A stretch of DNA of 63,623 nucleotides from assembly GCF_001194135.2 (NCBI RefSeq), contig NC_068985.1:125626297-125689919 (forward strand), read 5' to 3'. The position numbers and the translations under genes are program-made. Source of the stretch: Octopus bimaculoides. Lineage: Eukaryota. The notes beneath the pieces are model-generated. The model did not search any database. It was not told where the DNA came from and saw nothing but the letters and a program-made list of their open reading frames with translations. This document shows, one piece after another, positions 24,745 to 37,533 of the stretch; within the stretch, counting starts at the first letter, position 1; the number at the start of each line of letters is the position of its first letter.

Positions 24745-25080
24745 GGGGTTTAGTCGAATAAATTTACCCCAGTATCTATTTTGTTACACTCTAGTACTTA
24801 TTCTATCGGTTGCTTTTACCGCACCGCTATTTTTACAGTGACGTAAACAAACCAGCACCGGTTGTCAAGCTGTGTTGGGACACAAATACATACGCATACA
24901 CACTCACATACACATATACGACGGGCTTCCACACAGTTCCCATCAAACCCATTCAACAAGAATTGGTCGGCCTAGGGCTATAGCAGAAGATACATACTCA
25001 AGGTGGTACACAGAATGATTGAACCTCAAAACACACGGCTGGAAAGCAATCTTCATTGACACACAGCCATGACTGCGATT
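24745..25080 (-). mobile_element. Family B SINE with body, internal microsatellite relic and tail
   Basis: GACACACAGCCATGACTGCG head; ACGACGGGCTTCC junction; tail GACGTAAACAAACCAGCACCGGTTGTCAAG. Confidence 0.8.
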
Positions 25081-25362
25081 GTATGTATATATTAATGTCT
25101 CTATGCATGGATTCTTACTATAAATATTTAAGATGATATATATATTATATATATTTTTGCGTATGATAGCCTATATATATATCACCATCTATATATGTGT
25201 ATGTAATAAAACGTGTGAGGACGAATATGTTTTTTCATGTACGGTGACAAGTTATAGCGGAAATGGCACCAAGAAACAGAACCACCCACCAATTAAAAAC
25301 AACTTGCCAAAGCTTACATAGGGAATGTGATTACAGGATTCTACCTCAAGTGACACGTGAAT

Positions 25363-25409
<47 letters not shown>

Positions 25410-25642
25410 TNNNNNNNNNNNNNNNNNNNNNNNNNNNNNNNNNNNNNNNNNNNNNNNNNNNNNNNNNNNNNNNNNNNNNNNNNNNNNNNNNNNNNNNNNN
25501 NNNNNNNNNNNNNNNNNNNNNNNNNNNNNNNNNNNNNNNNNNNNNNNNNNNNNNNNNNNNNNNNNNNNNNNNNNNNNNNNNNNNNNNNNNNNNNNNNNNN
25601 NNNNNNNNNNNNNNNNNNNNNNNNNNNNNNNNNNNNNNNNNN

Positions 25643-25689
<47 letters not shown>

Positions 25690-26167
25690 TATATACATAC
25701 ATATATGTGTGTGTGTGTGTGTGTGTGTGTATGCATATACCTGTGAGTGTGTGTTTGAGAGAGAGAGAGAGAGGGACTGAGAGTTACTCCTTATACAATA
25801 CTATTTCTATTGCCAACTGCCTTCTTTTGTGGTCATAGCTATTAAGTTGTAATTTGAACTCGGACAGCGAGAACCCTCTGGCGTTTTACGGTGCACAAAA
25901 TAAGATCTTATCGCAGCATTGGTGGCCGTTGACTGGTTAGATGCATAGAGAGAGAGAGAGAGAGAGATAAATAGAGATAGAGAGAGAGAACGAGAGAGAG
26001 ATAGAAAGAGAGAGTTCGGCGGGCACACAAGTGTGTACGTATGTACACACACACACACACACCTACAAGCGCATATGCGCACACATATATAGAAGGTGGC
26101 CCAAAAAGAGGTACACGTTTTAGAATTTAAAAGGACATAAATAATAAATAAAATAATTTCTTAAGTA

Positions 26168-26331
26168 TAGGCATGGCTGTGGGATAAGAATCTTGCTCCC
26201 AACGGCATGATTCCGGATTCAGACCCACTGCGTGGCTCCTTAGGCAAGTGCCTTCCACAAGAGACTTGGGCCGATCTGAAACTTGTGGCCTTGTGAGTGG
26301 ATTTGTAAATAGAAACTGAAAGAAGCCCTTA

Positions 26332-26417
<86 letters not shown>

Positions 26418-26530
26418 TTGTGTGTCTTTGTGTGTCTTTGTTCTATGTTTGTTCCAGCATCACACTTTACAACCGGAGTTAGTGTGTTTACGTCCCCGTT
26501 ATTTAGCGGTTCAGCAAAAGCGGCCGATAG
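26168..26530 (+). mobile_element. Family B SINE with expanded internal (TA)n(TATG)n
   Basis: GCATGGCTGTGGGATAAGAATCTTGCTCCCAAC...CTTAGGCAAGTG...GAAACTGAAAGAAGCCC, then the microsatellite, then tail ACAACCGGAGTTAGTGTGTTTACGTCCCCGT. Confidence 0.85.
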
Positions 26531-26902
26531 AATATAATGTGGAATTCCGATGAGAACAAAAGCAGCCCCAGTTTTTGTAAACCCAGTAATGTAATAGGCT
26601 ATTTCGAATTGACTATATATCAAGTATCACTTCAAAATATGGATACTCCTATTGCCTATATATAAGAGAGGTTTGAAAATGATGTCGGAATGACTGCTTT
26701 ATCATTTGGAATAAAAGTGTTGATAAACTATTCAAATTTAAATCACTGCTCAGTGGTATAAATACCAGCATTCAATTCACAATGGAATACAGCAAAGAGA
26801 AATTTCCATTTTTTGATATTTTAATAAAAGAAATGTTAACATTCAAATTGAAAACTATATCTATTATAAACCCATAGACCCTACCACTCAAAATATTTCA
26901 AA

Positions 26903-27031
<129 letters not shown>

Positions 27032-27039
27032 TTAGCGAA

Positions 27040-27700
27040 AGTAATTTGCCCAGATAGTGTCGAGAGACATTACCCACCTTCACTAACAAATGATTGGATA
27101 AAACGTGCCAAGCGGATTGATGCCAACACGTTAAGAGAAGTAAAACGAAATAATACACCCGATTTTTAAAACATGCTACCCTATACATCTACCTGCACCT
27201 AGAAACAATGAAGCATATAACACCATAATTCAAAATTTACCTACGCTCACTAGGGACCTAAAATGAATCAAATTATTTGCGCATACAAATTCATCAAAAT
27301 AAAAAAAAACAATCAAAATCACGAAAGAGAATATTGACATGCGCAAAATTATACCCAACAACAACAGAACCAAGAGTTACAAAATGTGAGCAACCTAATT
27401 GAGGTACATGTTCCATTACTTGGAAGTTCGGATTTCAATTTCAGACAGGGGAAAAGATTCAAACTAAGATTGAGTTTACCTGTACATCCCAAAACTTAAT
27501 CTACGTTGTACTTTATTCAGGATGCGGACACAACTATATAGGCCAAACAAGAAAGTCTTTCAAACGAAGAAAACTGCCTAGAGACATGCGGGAAATCTCC
27601 AATCAAACATAAAAATTTTCCCTATTTACCAATGCAATGGAGCAACTTCTGTACAGCAACAGTTAATATCAACTGTGCGTGAAAATATCAACAGTGCGTG
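27040..27700 (+). mobile_element. Penelope-like element relic: RT thumb region and GIY-YIG endonuclease
   Basis: 27475-27550 translates FTCTSQNLIYVVLYSGCGHNYIGQT (GIY-YIG pattern C.S.N.IY...C..C...YIGQT). Upstream IKRAKRIDANTLREVK resembles the PLE RT C-terminal region. Confidence 0.8.
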
Positions 27701-28500
27701 AATATAAATATATAACCAATTTTGGAGAATAAATATTTCAGTTCAGAAATATATATCTTTTTTATTCTACATATATTTCACTTTCCATATGCATGTATTT
27801 AAGTATGTATGTATGTATGTATGTATGTATGTATGTATGTATGTATGGATGTAGGCAAATTTTGTAAGCAAATTTTAAACATACGTACATGCACACACAA
27901 AGACGAATATAAAGATATGTGCGTATGTGTTCGTGCTTGCGATTAGTACATATAAATACATATGCTTATATCAATTTATATATATAACAAATTCTTACTC
28001 AAATACAAATAAATATATTCACATACAGTTCACTCATAATCGCATTCAATACATGAGTATTTCAAGTGTCACTGTACTGGCCGAAGTCATTAACCAAAAT
28101 CCTGAATTTACTTACGTTAGCACCCCTACGACACGAAATGAAATATAGATAGTTCCAGTTTAGAGGGTGCAGGTGAGCGTTCACAGGTATATATATATAT
28201 ATATATATATNNNNNNNNNNNNNNNNNNNNNNNNNNNNNNNNNNNNNNNNNNNNNNNNNNNNNNNNNNNNNNNNNNNNNNNNNNNNNNNNNNNNNNNNNN
28301 NAAAATACATATATAGACAGACAGATAGACAGGCAGAAAGATAGATAGACTAACAGACAGACGGAAATTGTTTTTCGGAGTAAGTGGATGTGCTAGAGAG
28401 TGGTTTTTGACACGTAAACATATACACAAACATATACGTAGACATACAAATACAGAACCTCTGGCACACACACGGACATGCGTTTACACGGACGTACAAC

Positions 28501-28553
<53 letters not shown>

Positions 28554-29060
28554 CAGAACAAAGAAGCCCGAGTGTTGGAGTGCATGTATGTTTGTACCTA
28601 TCCGCAGGGTATTTTTCAGTGCTTTTGAAATTTCAGTTTCTATGCATGCATGCTTACATATGTCTATACGTAGAGGATGTGTGTTTATGTTTATCGGCAT
28701 GAAGTGTCAGAACAGTGAGGGGCACAGGTTCTATAAAGTATATATATGCTGTATACGTCATTATGTCAGTCAACTGACATGACTTATTTCTATGTTTCCT
28801 GAACAGTGTTAAAATCGAAATATTTTTTTTTTTTTTGAAGTTTTACAACGGTTAATCAGTTAAAATTACCTCCTTTCACACTAACTCTTCTCCACATTTT
28901 TGCATTCATTTCCATGTTGTTTAGTCCAGGCACCCTCAACTACCGGGCCGTAGACCATCACCGGAACGCACAGAAAGAATAAGATTTAAAATTTTATTTC
29001 TATTTCATTGCCTATCGCAGTTTGCAGAATGTTTTGCATTATATATGTATTATATTATTA

Positions 29061-29382
29061 GGAGCACTCCGTCGCTTACGACGTCGAGGGTCCCAGCAGA
29101 TCCAATCAACGGAACAGCCTGCTCGTGAAATTAACGTGCAAGTGACTGAGCAATCCACAGACACGTGTACCCCTAACATAGTTCTCAGGGAGACTCAGCG
29201 TGACACATAGCGTGACAAGGCCGGCCTCTTGAAATACAGGTACTACTCATTTTTTCCAGCTGAGTGGACTGGAGCAACGTGAAATAAAGTGTCTTGCTCA
29301 AGGACACAATGCGTCGCCGGGAACTGAACTCACGACCTTACGATCGTGAGCCGAATTCCTTAACCATTAAGCCTCGCGCCTT
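29061..29382 (-). mobile_element. Full-length tRNA-derived SINE (family C)
   Basis: Minus strand GGCGCGAGGCTTAATGGTTAAGGAATTCGGCTCACGATCGTAAGGTCGTGAGTTCAGTTCCCGGCGACGC..GTCCTTGAGCAAGACAC..GACGGAGTGC aligns end to end with 59813-60133. Confidence 0.9.
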
Positions 29383-29410
29383 CACTATTATACAATTAAT
29401 ATATGTATTA

Positions 29411-29615
29411 AAAGGCGGCGAGCTGCCACGCCGGGCAAAATGCTTGACGGCTGTTCGTCCATCTTTACGTTTTGAGTCCAAATTCCGCCGAGGACAACTT
29501 TGTCTTTCATCCTTTCGGGATCGATAAAATAAATACCAGTTGAACACTGGGGTTGATGTAATCGACTGACCCCTCCAACAAACTTGCTGGACGTGTAGCA
29601 AAATTTGAGACCAAT
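29411..29615 (+). mobile_element. Family A SINE, back-to-back with the family C copy
   Basis: AAGGCGGCGAGCTGCC...CTTTCATCCTTTCGGGATCGATAAAATAAATACCAG. Confidence 0.85.
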
Positions 29616-30479
29616 ATATTATAAATAGTTAAATTACATACTATGCACTTTATTACGTTTTGTTATAAACGAGGTCCCACGGTTCGTGGAAAAAAATGTT
29701 TCGCTTGAAACCTGTCCTTGGTGCAAAAATGTTTGGTGACCGTTGATTTAGTCCCATCATTTGAGTACTGACAAACCAGACCTTCAATTAGAGCCGTTCC
29801 AGTAATGGACATCACATCTTTTTAGGGAGATTTTGGGACTACTTTCACAATGCTAGTCGTGATCCCTGCACAATGAAATATTAGCGTCGTTATCCACTAT
29901 TCCAAATTATTGCCAAAACCACCTACCTGCACCTTTACTACTGATGAAATTCTTCTGATGGGCAGGGTTGTCCATACATGGTAGGGTCCAAAACATTGGC
30001 AACATTATCTCCTAAGACATCTAGACATATATAACGAAATATGATAAGTAGTTACCGTATTTGAAGGAGTATAAGACTCACATTTTCCTCAAAAGCTATC
30101 TAAAAAAACACCCTGGGTTCTATATGCGAAGTTGGTCCTCCTATAAACTTTACTGCCAAAAAGACATCTTGTTCCTTGAACGTGTGCTGTTGAAAATGAG
30201 GTGTATCTAATATGTTTGTGTGCCTTTTATGCCTTGTAATGCATGAAATAAAAGTTGTGGCTTCGTTCAATATAACTAAATAAAACATGTATCGAAATTA
30301 GATATGTAATTACAAAGAAGGGTGTAGCTTTATAAAGATATGTACATGAAAATATTGCTCCGTAGGATATGTAGCGAAATAAAAGATGTATCTCAATAAA
30401 ACATGTAAATAAAAGAAACAACTTCACATGACGTAGCTAAATAAAATATTCTACCTGAATATAACATGTAGCTAAAGAA

Positions 30480-30870
30480 GACATGTAGCACTATTATTTT
30501 TCTGGAGAAACATTTATTCGTGGGATTATGTCGTTCGGAGATCAGCGAGTCCCTCCAAGGGCAAGTCACGCTTTCTCCACCTTGAGAGGTCACAGCTCCA
30601 TCGCAACTCCAGTAATATAGACATGTGATTAGAACTTCGCAGGAAAGACTAAAAAAACGAAGTATTCAAGCCGAGCCATTTGGCAGAAAAGCTAAAGGTA
30701 GAACAGGACTGAAATGGTTGGATGGTGTCCATTGTTGCGGTAGATCACGCTTGAAAATCCAGCCGGAGATTCTAATGATGGTTGCTTTTAATAGGACTCC
30801 ATGGAAGAAGTGCCTGGAAACTCTACCCCAACTACTCTACCCCTAAAACAGTGGACAGAAAAGATGAATG
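30480..30870 (+). mobile_element. RTE-clade LINE 3' end relic (Expander/Rex3-like)
   Basis: LHLERSQL..RHVIRTSQERL..GRKAKGRTGLKWLDGV..SRLKIQPE..A.NRTPWKKCLETLP matches the RTE C-terminus LLHIERSQLRW.GH..GRPRTRW.D..RLGI.PE..LLPP. Confidence 0.7.
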
Positions 30871-31119
30871 GACGGATGGGTGAGTGGAGACTGATTTTCG
30901 AAGTAAATTGCTTCTTATGGTAGTTAATCTAACATTCTGAAACTCAAGATTTGTATATCATACAGTCACAAAATCGGTAGACTGCCAGACTAAAACCCTT
31001 GCTGTAACTAGTTACGTTGAAATCGATAAAAGGAGTATCATATCGATTAAATCGATACCACTTTTCGCCTGATTCAGTTAGCTACAATATTCGAACTCAT
31101 CTTTATTCTAATAATTGTT

Positions 31120-31330
31120 TTTAGCATATGTAAAAGGCCTGAAATTTGGTGCAAGTGGTTATATTCAATGAAAAGAGATTCCAGTAAGTGGACGATTTTT
31201 TTTTTTTTTTTATCTCGAAAGGATGAAAAGTTAAGTTGACTCCAACAGAATTTGAATTCGGAATGTTAACAACCGGAATAATTACTGCAATGCATTTTGT
31301 CCGATATTCCAATGAATCTGCCAACCTACC
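31120..31330 (-). mobile_element. Degraded family A SINE
   Basis: TCGAAAGGATGAAAAGTTAAGTTGACTCCAACAGAATTTGAATTC. Confidence 0.7.
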
Positions 31331-31764
31331 ACCTTTATATATCTGTTTATCGTTAAAATTATGTATTTTTAAAAATTAACTAAAAAAATTATAAATTTCA
31401 AGGGAAGGTATGTCGGAAGAAAGTAAGTCAACAACGCGGGTTGATGAACCGTAAGACGTGTAGCCAGAACCTACTGGAAAATAACCATAGCGAGGGACAT
31501 TCCACAGTTGAATTAGAACAGTCACAAACAGTGAAAGAAGACATGCACCCAACACCAGAGCTGAAGACACCTCCGAAAGGGGGTGACCCCGCCACGTCAA
31601 AACGGTAGAGGAGTAGGGGCCGAACCGGATGTGGTTCCTCCTGATGATGTCTTGAGCTAACTGGATCCTATAAAGGAGCTGTTGTGGTAGCAGACCACGA
31701 AATATGGTTGAAATTCCTTCCTAAACAAAGAAGAAAAAAATGAAAGGGTATAGTATGTTTGCCT

Positions 31765-31960
31765 TCTTTCTACTATAGGCACAAACCCTGAAACTTTTAG
31801 GGATGGGATTAATCGATTACATCGACTCGAGTACCTATTTAAACAACCCTGAAAAGCAAACTTGACCTCGGTGGACTTTAACCTCAGAAGGTAATTCCGG
31901 AAGAAATGCCGTTAAGCATTTTGTCCAGTTAGATAACAATTTTGCCAGATCGCTGCCTTA
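31765..31960 (-). mobile_element. Degraded family A SINE
   Basis: ATCGATTACATCGACTCGAG...CTTGACCTCGGTGGACTTTAACCTCAGAAGG...GCCAGATCGCTGCCTT. Confidence 0.7.
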
Positions 31961-32544
31961 CAGTGCGTATAGTGTTTCTTGTGTATTTATGTATCGATAT
32001 CAGAATATCGAGGGAGATATCGGAATATCGGGATATCGAGGGAGCCGAAGGGAGGGAGGGACTCAAAATTGTCCGCTGAAGGGAAGGAGGAGGAGTTCGC
32101 GGCTAAACAACAATAACAATAATTGCGAGAACAAGCACGGGAGATTGTATGTGGTTCATCGACATGATAATTACATCGGAATGCTTCAGTCATAAATAGG
32201 TATCCTCAACAGGTTCTCACCTATGGCTAAATAGAAGCAAAATAAAATTTTTTAAATCTGTAAAAGAATTGATAAAATTCGTTATGTCTTGTTTTTTATT
32301 TATTTCAGTCTTTGAATTGCGATTTGAAGTATTTTAGCGAAAAGAATCGACCCCACTACTTATTTTTGAAGCTTGGTACTTTTTCTATCAGTTTCTTTTG
32401 CAGAACTGCTAAGTTACAGGTATGTGAGCAAAGAAAAACCGGTTTTCAAGCGGTGGTGGGCACAAACGCAAACATAAACTCACTAGGCTCACACTCACGT
32501 AGATATATACGTACATGGACGCACATACACACTCACATACACAC

Positions 32545-32600
<56 letters not shown>

Positions 32601-32935
32601 ATGTGTATATATGTATGTCTATATATATNNNNNNNNNNNNNNNNNNNNNNNNNNNNNNNNNNNNNNNNNNNNNNNNNNNNNNNNNNNNNNNNNNNNNNNN
32701 NNNNNNNNNNNNNNNNNNNNNNNNNNNNNNNNNNNNNNNNNNNNNNNNNNNNNNNNNNNNNNNNNNNNNNNNNNNNNNNNNNNNNNNNNNNNNNNNNNNN
32801 NNNNNNNNNNNNNNNNNNNNNNNNNNNNNNNNNNNNNNNNNNNNNNNNNNNNNNNNNNNNNNNNNNNNNNNNNNNNNNNNNNNNNNNNNNNNNNNNNNNN
32901 NNNNNNNNNNNNNNNNNNNNNNNNNNNNNNNNNNN

Positions 32936-32984
<49 letters not shown>

Positions 32985-33529
32985 GTTTGTGTTTGTGTGG
33001 CCGGGTAGCAAAATTCTTAACACACAGCCATGCCTGCACCTATGAAAAAAAATTGCTGCTACCCTCTGGATGCCGATAATCTTATTTTGGAATTGAGTAT
33101 CCCTCTGAATAGGCGATCAGCATTATTATTTCACATCTACACGAAGTTACAAAAAACCCAACCCAATATCACTGTCATAGTATATATTTTTAATGATTTT
33201 TTTGTTGTGTTCCTGCAATTTCCTTTTCACACTTCAAACTAGTGTGACCCGAAGCATTTTACCCCATTACAATGAAAGACAGGACACCTGCTGATCATAA
33301 ATAAATTAGCAGTGTAAATAATATAGATAAATATATATAAAGGTGCAAAGAATACGTCTGACTTGTTTCCGTATAACTTGACTTCTGCGGGCACCTGGAA
33401 GCAAACTAAATGTCGCATCACCAATTTGATACTGCTCCACCGCCAACATCACTACTACTACTATTACTACTGCTGCTACTGTTGCTGTTGCTGCTGTCGC
33501 TGCGCTGCTACCAATGTAGCTACTACTAC

Positions 33530-33645
33530 CCTGACGGCGACGCGACGGCCACAAAGACGGCGACACGACGACCGTAAAGACGGCGACGCGACGACCATAA
33601 AGACGGCGACGCGACGACCGTAAAGACGGCGACTACGGCAACGAG
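33530..33645. repeat. CpG-rich 23-bp minisatellite (4-5 units)
   Basis: AAAGACGG starts at 33553, 33576, 33599 and 33622; unit AAAGACGGCGACGCGACGACCGT. Confidence 0.9.
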
Positions 33646-33859
33646 GACGATAAGGACGGCAACGAAGATCAAGTAACACCAAAGCTAACAACAGAAATCC
33701 CATTACAAAAACCAATAATCACGTGTAGCATACAAATCCATTTCTTTAGCTCCCTCCCCATCACCAGCACCAGTAAAAAGACAGAAATCCACACTTTCTC
33801 GGGGCACACAGAAGTGATGCTTGATAAATGATGATGTCTTATATAGGCAAAGCGCAGCC

Positions 33860-34230
33860 TTGAAATGTTGGTGGAAGTCGCGTATATCGATCCCAGTGTG
33901 TGTCTGATACTTTATTTTTGTTAACTCCGGGTTGATAAAAGGCAAATTTGATGGCGATGGGATTTGGTCTCAGGACTTAAAGCAACGGATCAAATATCGC
34001 GGAGCAGGTTGTTCAATGCTCTATAATTTCTGTCGCTGGCACAGAGCCAAACATTTGGAGAAGAAAAGTTAATTGTTTAAATAGTCTCCAGTACCTGACT
34101 AATACTTCATCGATCTCCGAAAGAATGAAAGGTAAGTTGATATCGATGGTTTTCGAACGCAGCATTGAAAAAGCCGAACAAATACACAAAGCATTTTGTC
34201 GGATGCTCTAACGATTCTGCCAATCCACAT
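33860..34230 (-). mobile_element. Two degraded family A SINE fragments
   Basis: ATATCGATCCCAGTGTG..GATAAAAGGCAAATTTGA and CTCCGAAAGAATGAAAGGTAAGTTGATATCG. Confidence 0.6.
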
Positions 34231-34494
34231 AACAGTTTCTAATGCATAGTACCTGTCCTATTACAAGGACAAATAGCAAAAACAATGAACTGTGTTCGAG
34301 TTGGGAGTCAGTCATCTTATTATGATTATCTCTATTTTGAGATCTTTTTGATATGAATTCTTTTTTCATTTGTTAGGACTGATAATTCAATGAGAAAGCG
34401 GATCCTTATTTGGTGATGCTTGATGTCAATATACGAGTGATTGCCTTTGTTCTTTTTGTCTGTCTATTTATTTCTCCCCATCTCTTTCTCTCTC

Positions 34495-34559
<65 letters not shown>

Positions 34560-34979
34560 GTATTTACTTATCTCAAAGTATGGGCATCTTGTCATTCTCT
34601 GAGAACTTTGTCTGTTATATATCATAATGCTAGAGTTAATTCTGGTGTATGAAAATTCTAACTCTAATACGACTGTGGATGTAATCTTTCTTGATTAAAT
34701 CTGAGCCACACTAAGCCAGGAACCATGTGATTAATGTTCTTTTATCACTCTCCACTTATTACGGAGTTCCATAATGAATTATGATTCGTAATAATTTATT
34801 TGATGGTTTCTGTTAAAGCGACTTTCGTTCTGTGCCCTAGCCAAATAATGGAAAATAGAATAGAAAGGTGTTGAAGACGGAAGAGCCCTTAGAGTCAATC
34901 AAGCTATTCTACTGATTTAAAATTACTTAAACTGCAAAAGGTAAAATGCTTTCTCTCAGCTGGAGTCTCTAGCATACAG

Positions 34980-35720
34980 CCACATGCTGAAAGTAAACCC
35001 ATCCACTCGTGCCATTCTCGCCACTCTCATTCATCTTCCAGAAAATTCATTATAGAGCAGCACTTCCTCATTCATCACCTTCTTGTCCAGTCAGAATTTT
35101 TCAAGCTTGATTGAGGGATTGACCGAAGAGGAAAATGTCTACCTTTAATACATTCAAACTTATCCTTCTTACAGTTTCTTTAGCCATAGCCACCAGACTG
35201 AAGAAAACTGCTTCCTTTTCGGCCAAAATAGAAGTAAAAGAAGAAAAAGAAGTGTTGAGAACGCTTGATATAGTCACGACTGGCTCAACTTATAACCAAA
35301 TTCTTCTAACACATGAAAATAGCTGTACGAGTCAGCAATTCTCAGACATTAAACGAATTACTGCAAGATAGTCTGTTGCTTTGTGTGCAACACTGACGAG
35401 GTCGGATGACGGCGTTACAGTGCTTAAAGAATTTACTTGAACTTGCAATCCACTTCATACGCTAGTTGTGTTACTCGGCTAGGGGTTTCCTAGAAGTTGC
35501 TCTGGTTTCCGGACTGAAAGACCTCCTCTTTAGGTTATTCATTTAATTTTCGTCGATACCTAAAGAATTTCAGAGAACGTCTTCGCTCTTATCCACTACT
35601 AAGTTTCTATAGAATGCAGTTATCGTTGTACCTCCGGAATTACCCGAATGATAGTGAAATATGAATGTCTAACAAGTATTATAGATAACGGGTGTCCAGT
35701 CATGGATTTCGCTTGACACA
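34980..35720 (-). mobile_element. Possible highly decayed RTE-type LINE RT relic
   Basis: Minus-strand pieces resembling KI.W.DKVMNEEVL and YADDL; heavily mutated. Confidence 0.3.
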
Positions 35721-35999
35721 GGCTGCAGTAGAAAAATATGTCTGACAAACGACGGAAAACGGAGGTTGTAGACCAAGATAATTTTCTTTTTGATATGCTT
35801 TTGATACACAATGTTTAATACAATGAAGAAGTGGGTACGCTTGGAACGCCTTTGATCATAGAGAGCTGTTCAGTCAAGATCTATACAGGGTTAAACAAAA
35901 ACAACATCATCATCATTGTCACCACCACTTTGTAATACTGGTGGAGAAACTCCCTATTAGTGCATCTATATGACTTGCTTTCACCAGTACTACCATCGT

Positions 36000-36830
36000 T
36001 ACTACCAGCACTCCTTTTTCTTTACTACGTTGACTGACGATCGCTGTGACCTCCTCCTCCTCCTCCTCCTCCTCCTCCTCATCATCATCATCATCATCAT
36101 CATCATCAATAACAACAACGACAACATCATTTTCATCATACCAAAGTTTTACTGTAGCAATCAACCGCCACAGTGGTAGCCGATAGATTGTCAGTTGGCC
36201 TTCTAGAAAGTGTAAGTAGGCCTATCTCAAATTATTATATCCACCGTCTTATGAAAGACGTTCACAGCACAATGTGGTCTAGTAAGGAACGTGTCCAGGA
36301 AATAAAATAGGATTGTTAGTGACAGTAAGCCTTTACCTATAGGTCTACTTAAAGGTGTGCCTATAGGATTATTCGATCAACAATAACAAAAACCACAAGT
36401 ACCAGAACTAGTTTCTCAAACATCACTACCATTATCACACCCACCATCACCACCACCACCACCACTACTACCATCACCACCACCTCGTTTTAATGGATAC
36501 CATGATATCGCCTTCTACTGCAGCATCATAATCACCACCGCTATCCCGGTTGCTACAGCTTCATCGTAACAACATACCCCCAACAACACATCCCCAACCA
36601 TGGCCACAGAAACTACCATCGCAATCTCTATTACTTTTGAGATAACAGAGACGCCATTTTGCTTGCAAAAGTTGGACCCCGGCTTTCACCTTTTTCTCCC
36701 TGCATAAACTAAAAATGTGTTTCCTTCCAAAAATCTATAGGTAATCTTCAAGTCACATGTTACATACAGACAAACAACAATCTCCTTTATTTCAGATTAT
36801 TATATCATTTTTTTTCTCGCCCTCAGTTCT

Positions 36831-36869
<39 letters not shown>

Positions 36870-37089
36870 NNNNNNNNNNNNNNNNNNNNNNNNNNNNNNN
36901 NNNNNNNNNNNNNNNNNNNNNNNNNNNNNNNNNNNNNNNNNNNNNNNNNNNNNNNNNNNNNNNNNNNNNNNCTCTTTTCTTCTCTTTCTTTCATTTTCTC
37001 TCCGATTAATTCAAAAGAGCTGCCGCAAACAATAACAAGACTGTTGTTACCCGCTGACCGGAAAACACACAAATAAATAAATATAATAC

Positions 37090-37120
<31 letters not shown>

Positions 37121-37131
37121 GTTGTTGTTGT

Positions 37132-37163
<32 letters not shown>

Positions 37164-37487
37164 CTGCTGCTGCTGCTGTTGTTGCTATTCTTGTATCATG
37201 TCTGTACAATGCTATGTACTAACTGCATTGTCAAAAGAAGACAAAAGTTTCCTGTCACCACCTCCTCGGGGAAAGCCACACCGTTCTGAGTTGAACAGAG
37301 ATGGCTTACAAGATGACGTAAGACACGACTCTAATTGCAATCTGGGTTCGAAATGGTGGTGGTGGGAGTGGTTGTAGTAGTAGCAGTGGTTAGGAGGATG
37401 GTAGTGGTTTTGGCATTCGGGATAACGATAGAAATGGTGATGGTGGTGCTGGTGGTGGTGGTAGTGGTGCTGCTGCTGCTGCTGCTG

Positions 37488-37533
<46 letters not shown>

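Noticed and set aside
31561-31600. CTGAAGA-CACCTCC-GAAA-GGGG-GTGA-CCCC as a hammerhead
   Set aside because: There is no helix II pair, G replaces the required U of the NUH site, and helix I does not form. It is more simply a GAAA-tetraloop hairpin.
31985-32045. Clustered GATATCG/AATATCG repeats
   Set aside because: A short local tandem duplication with no further structure.
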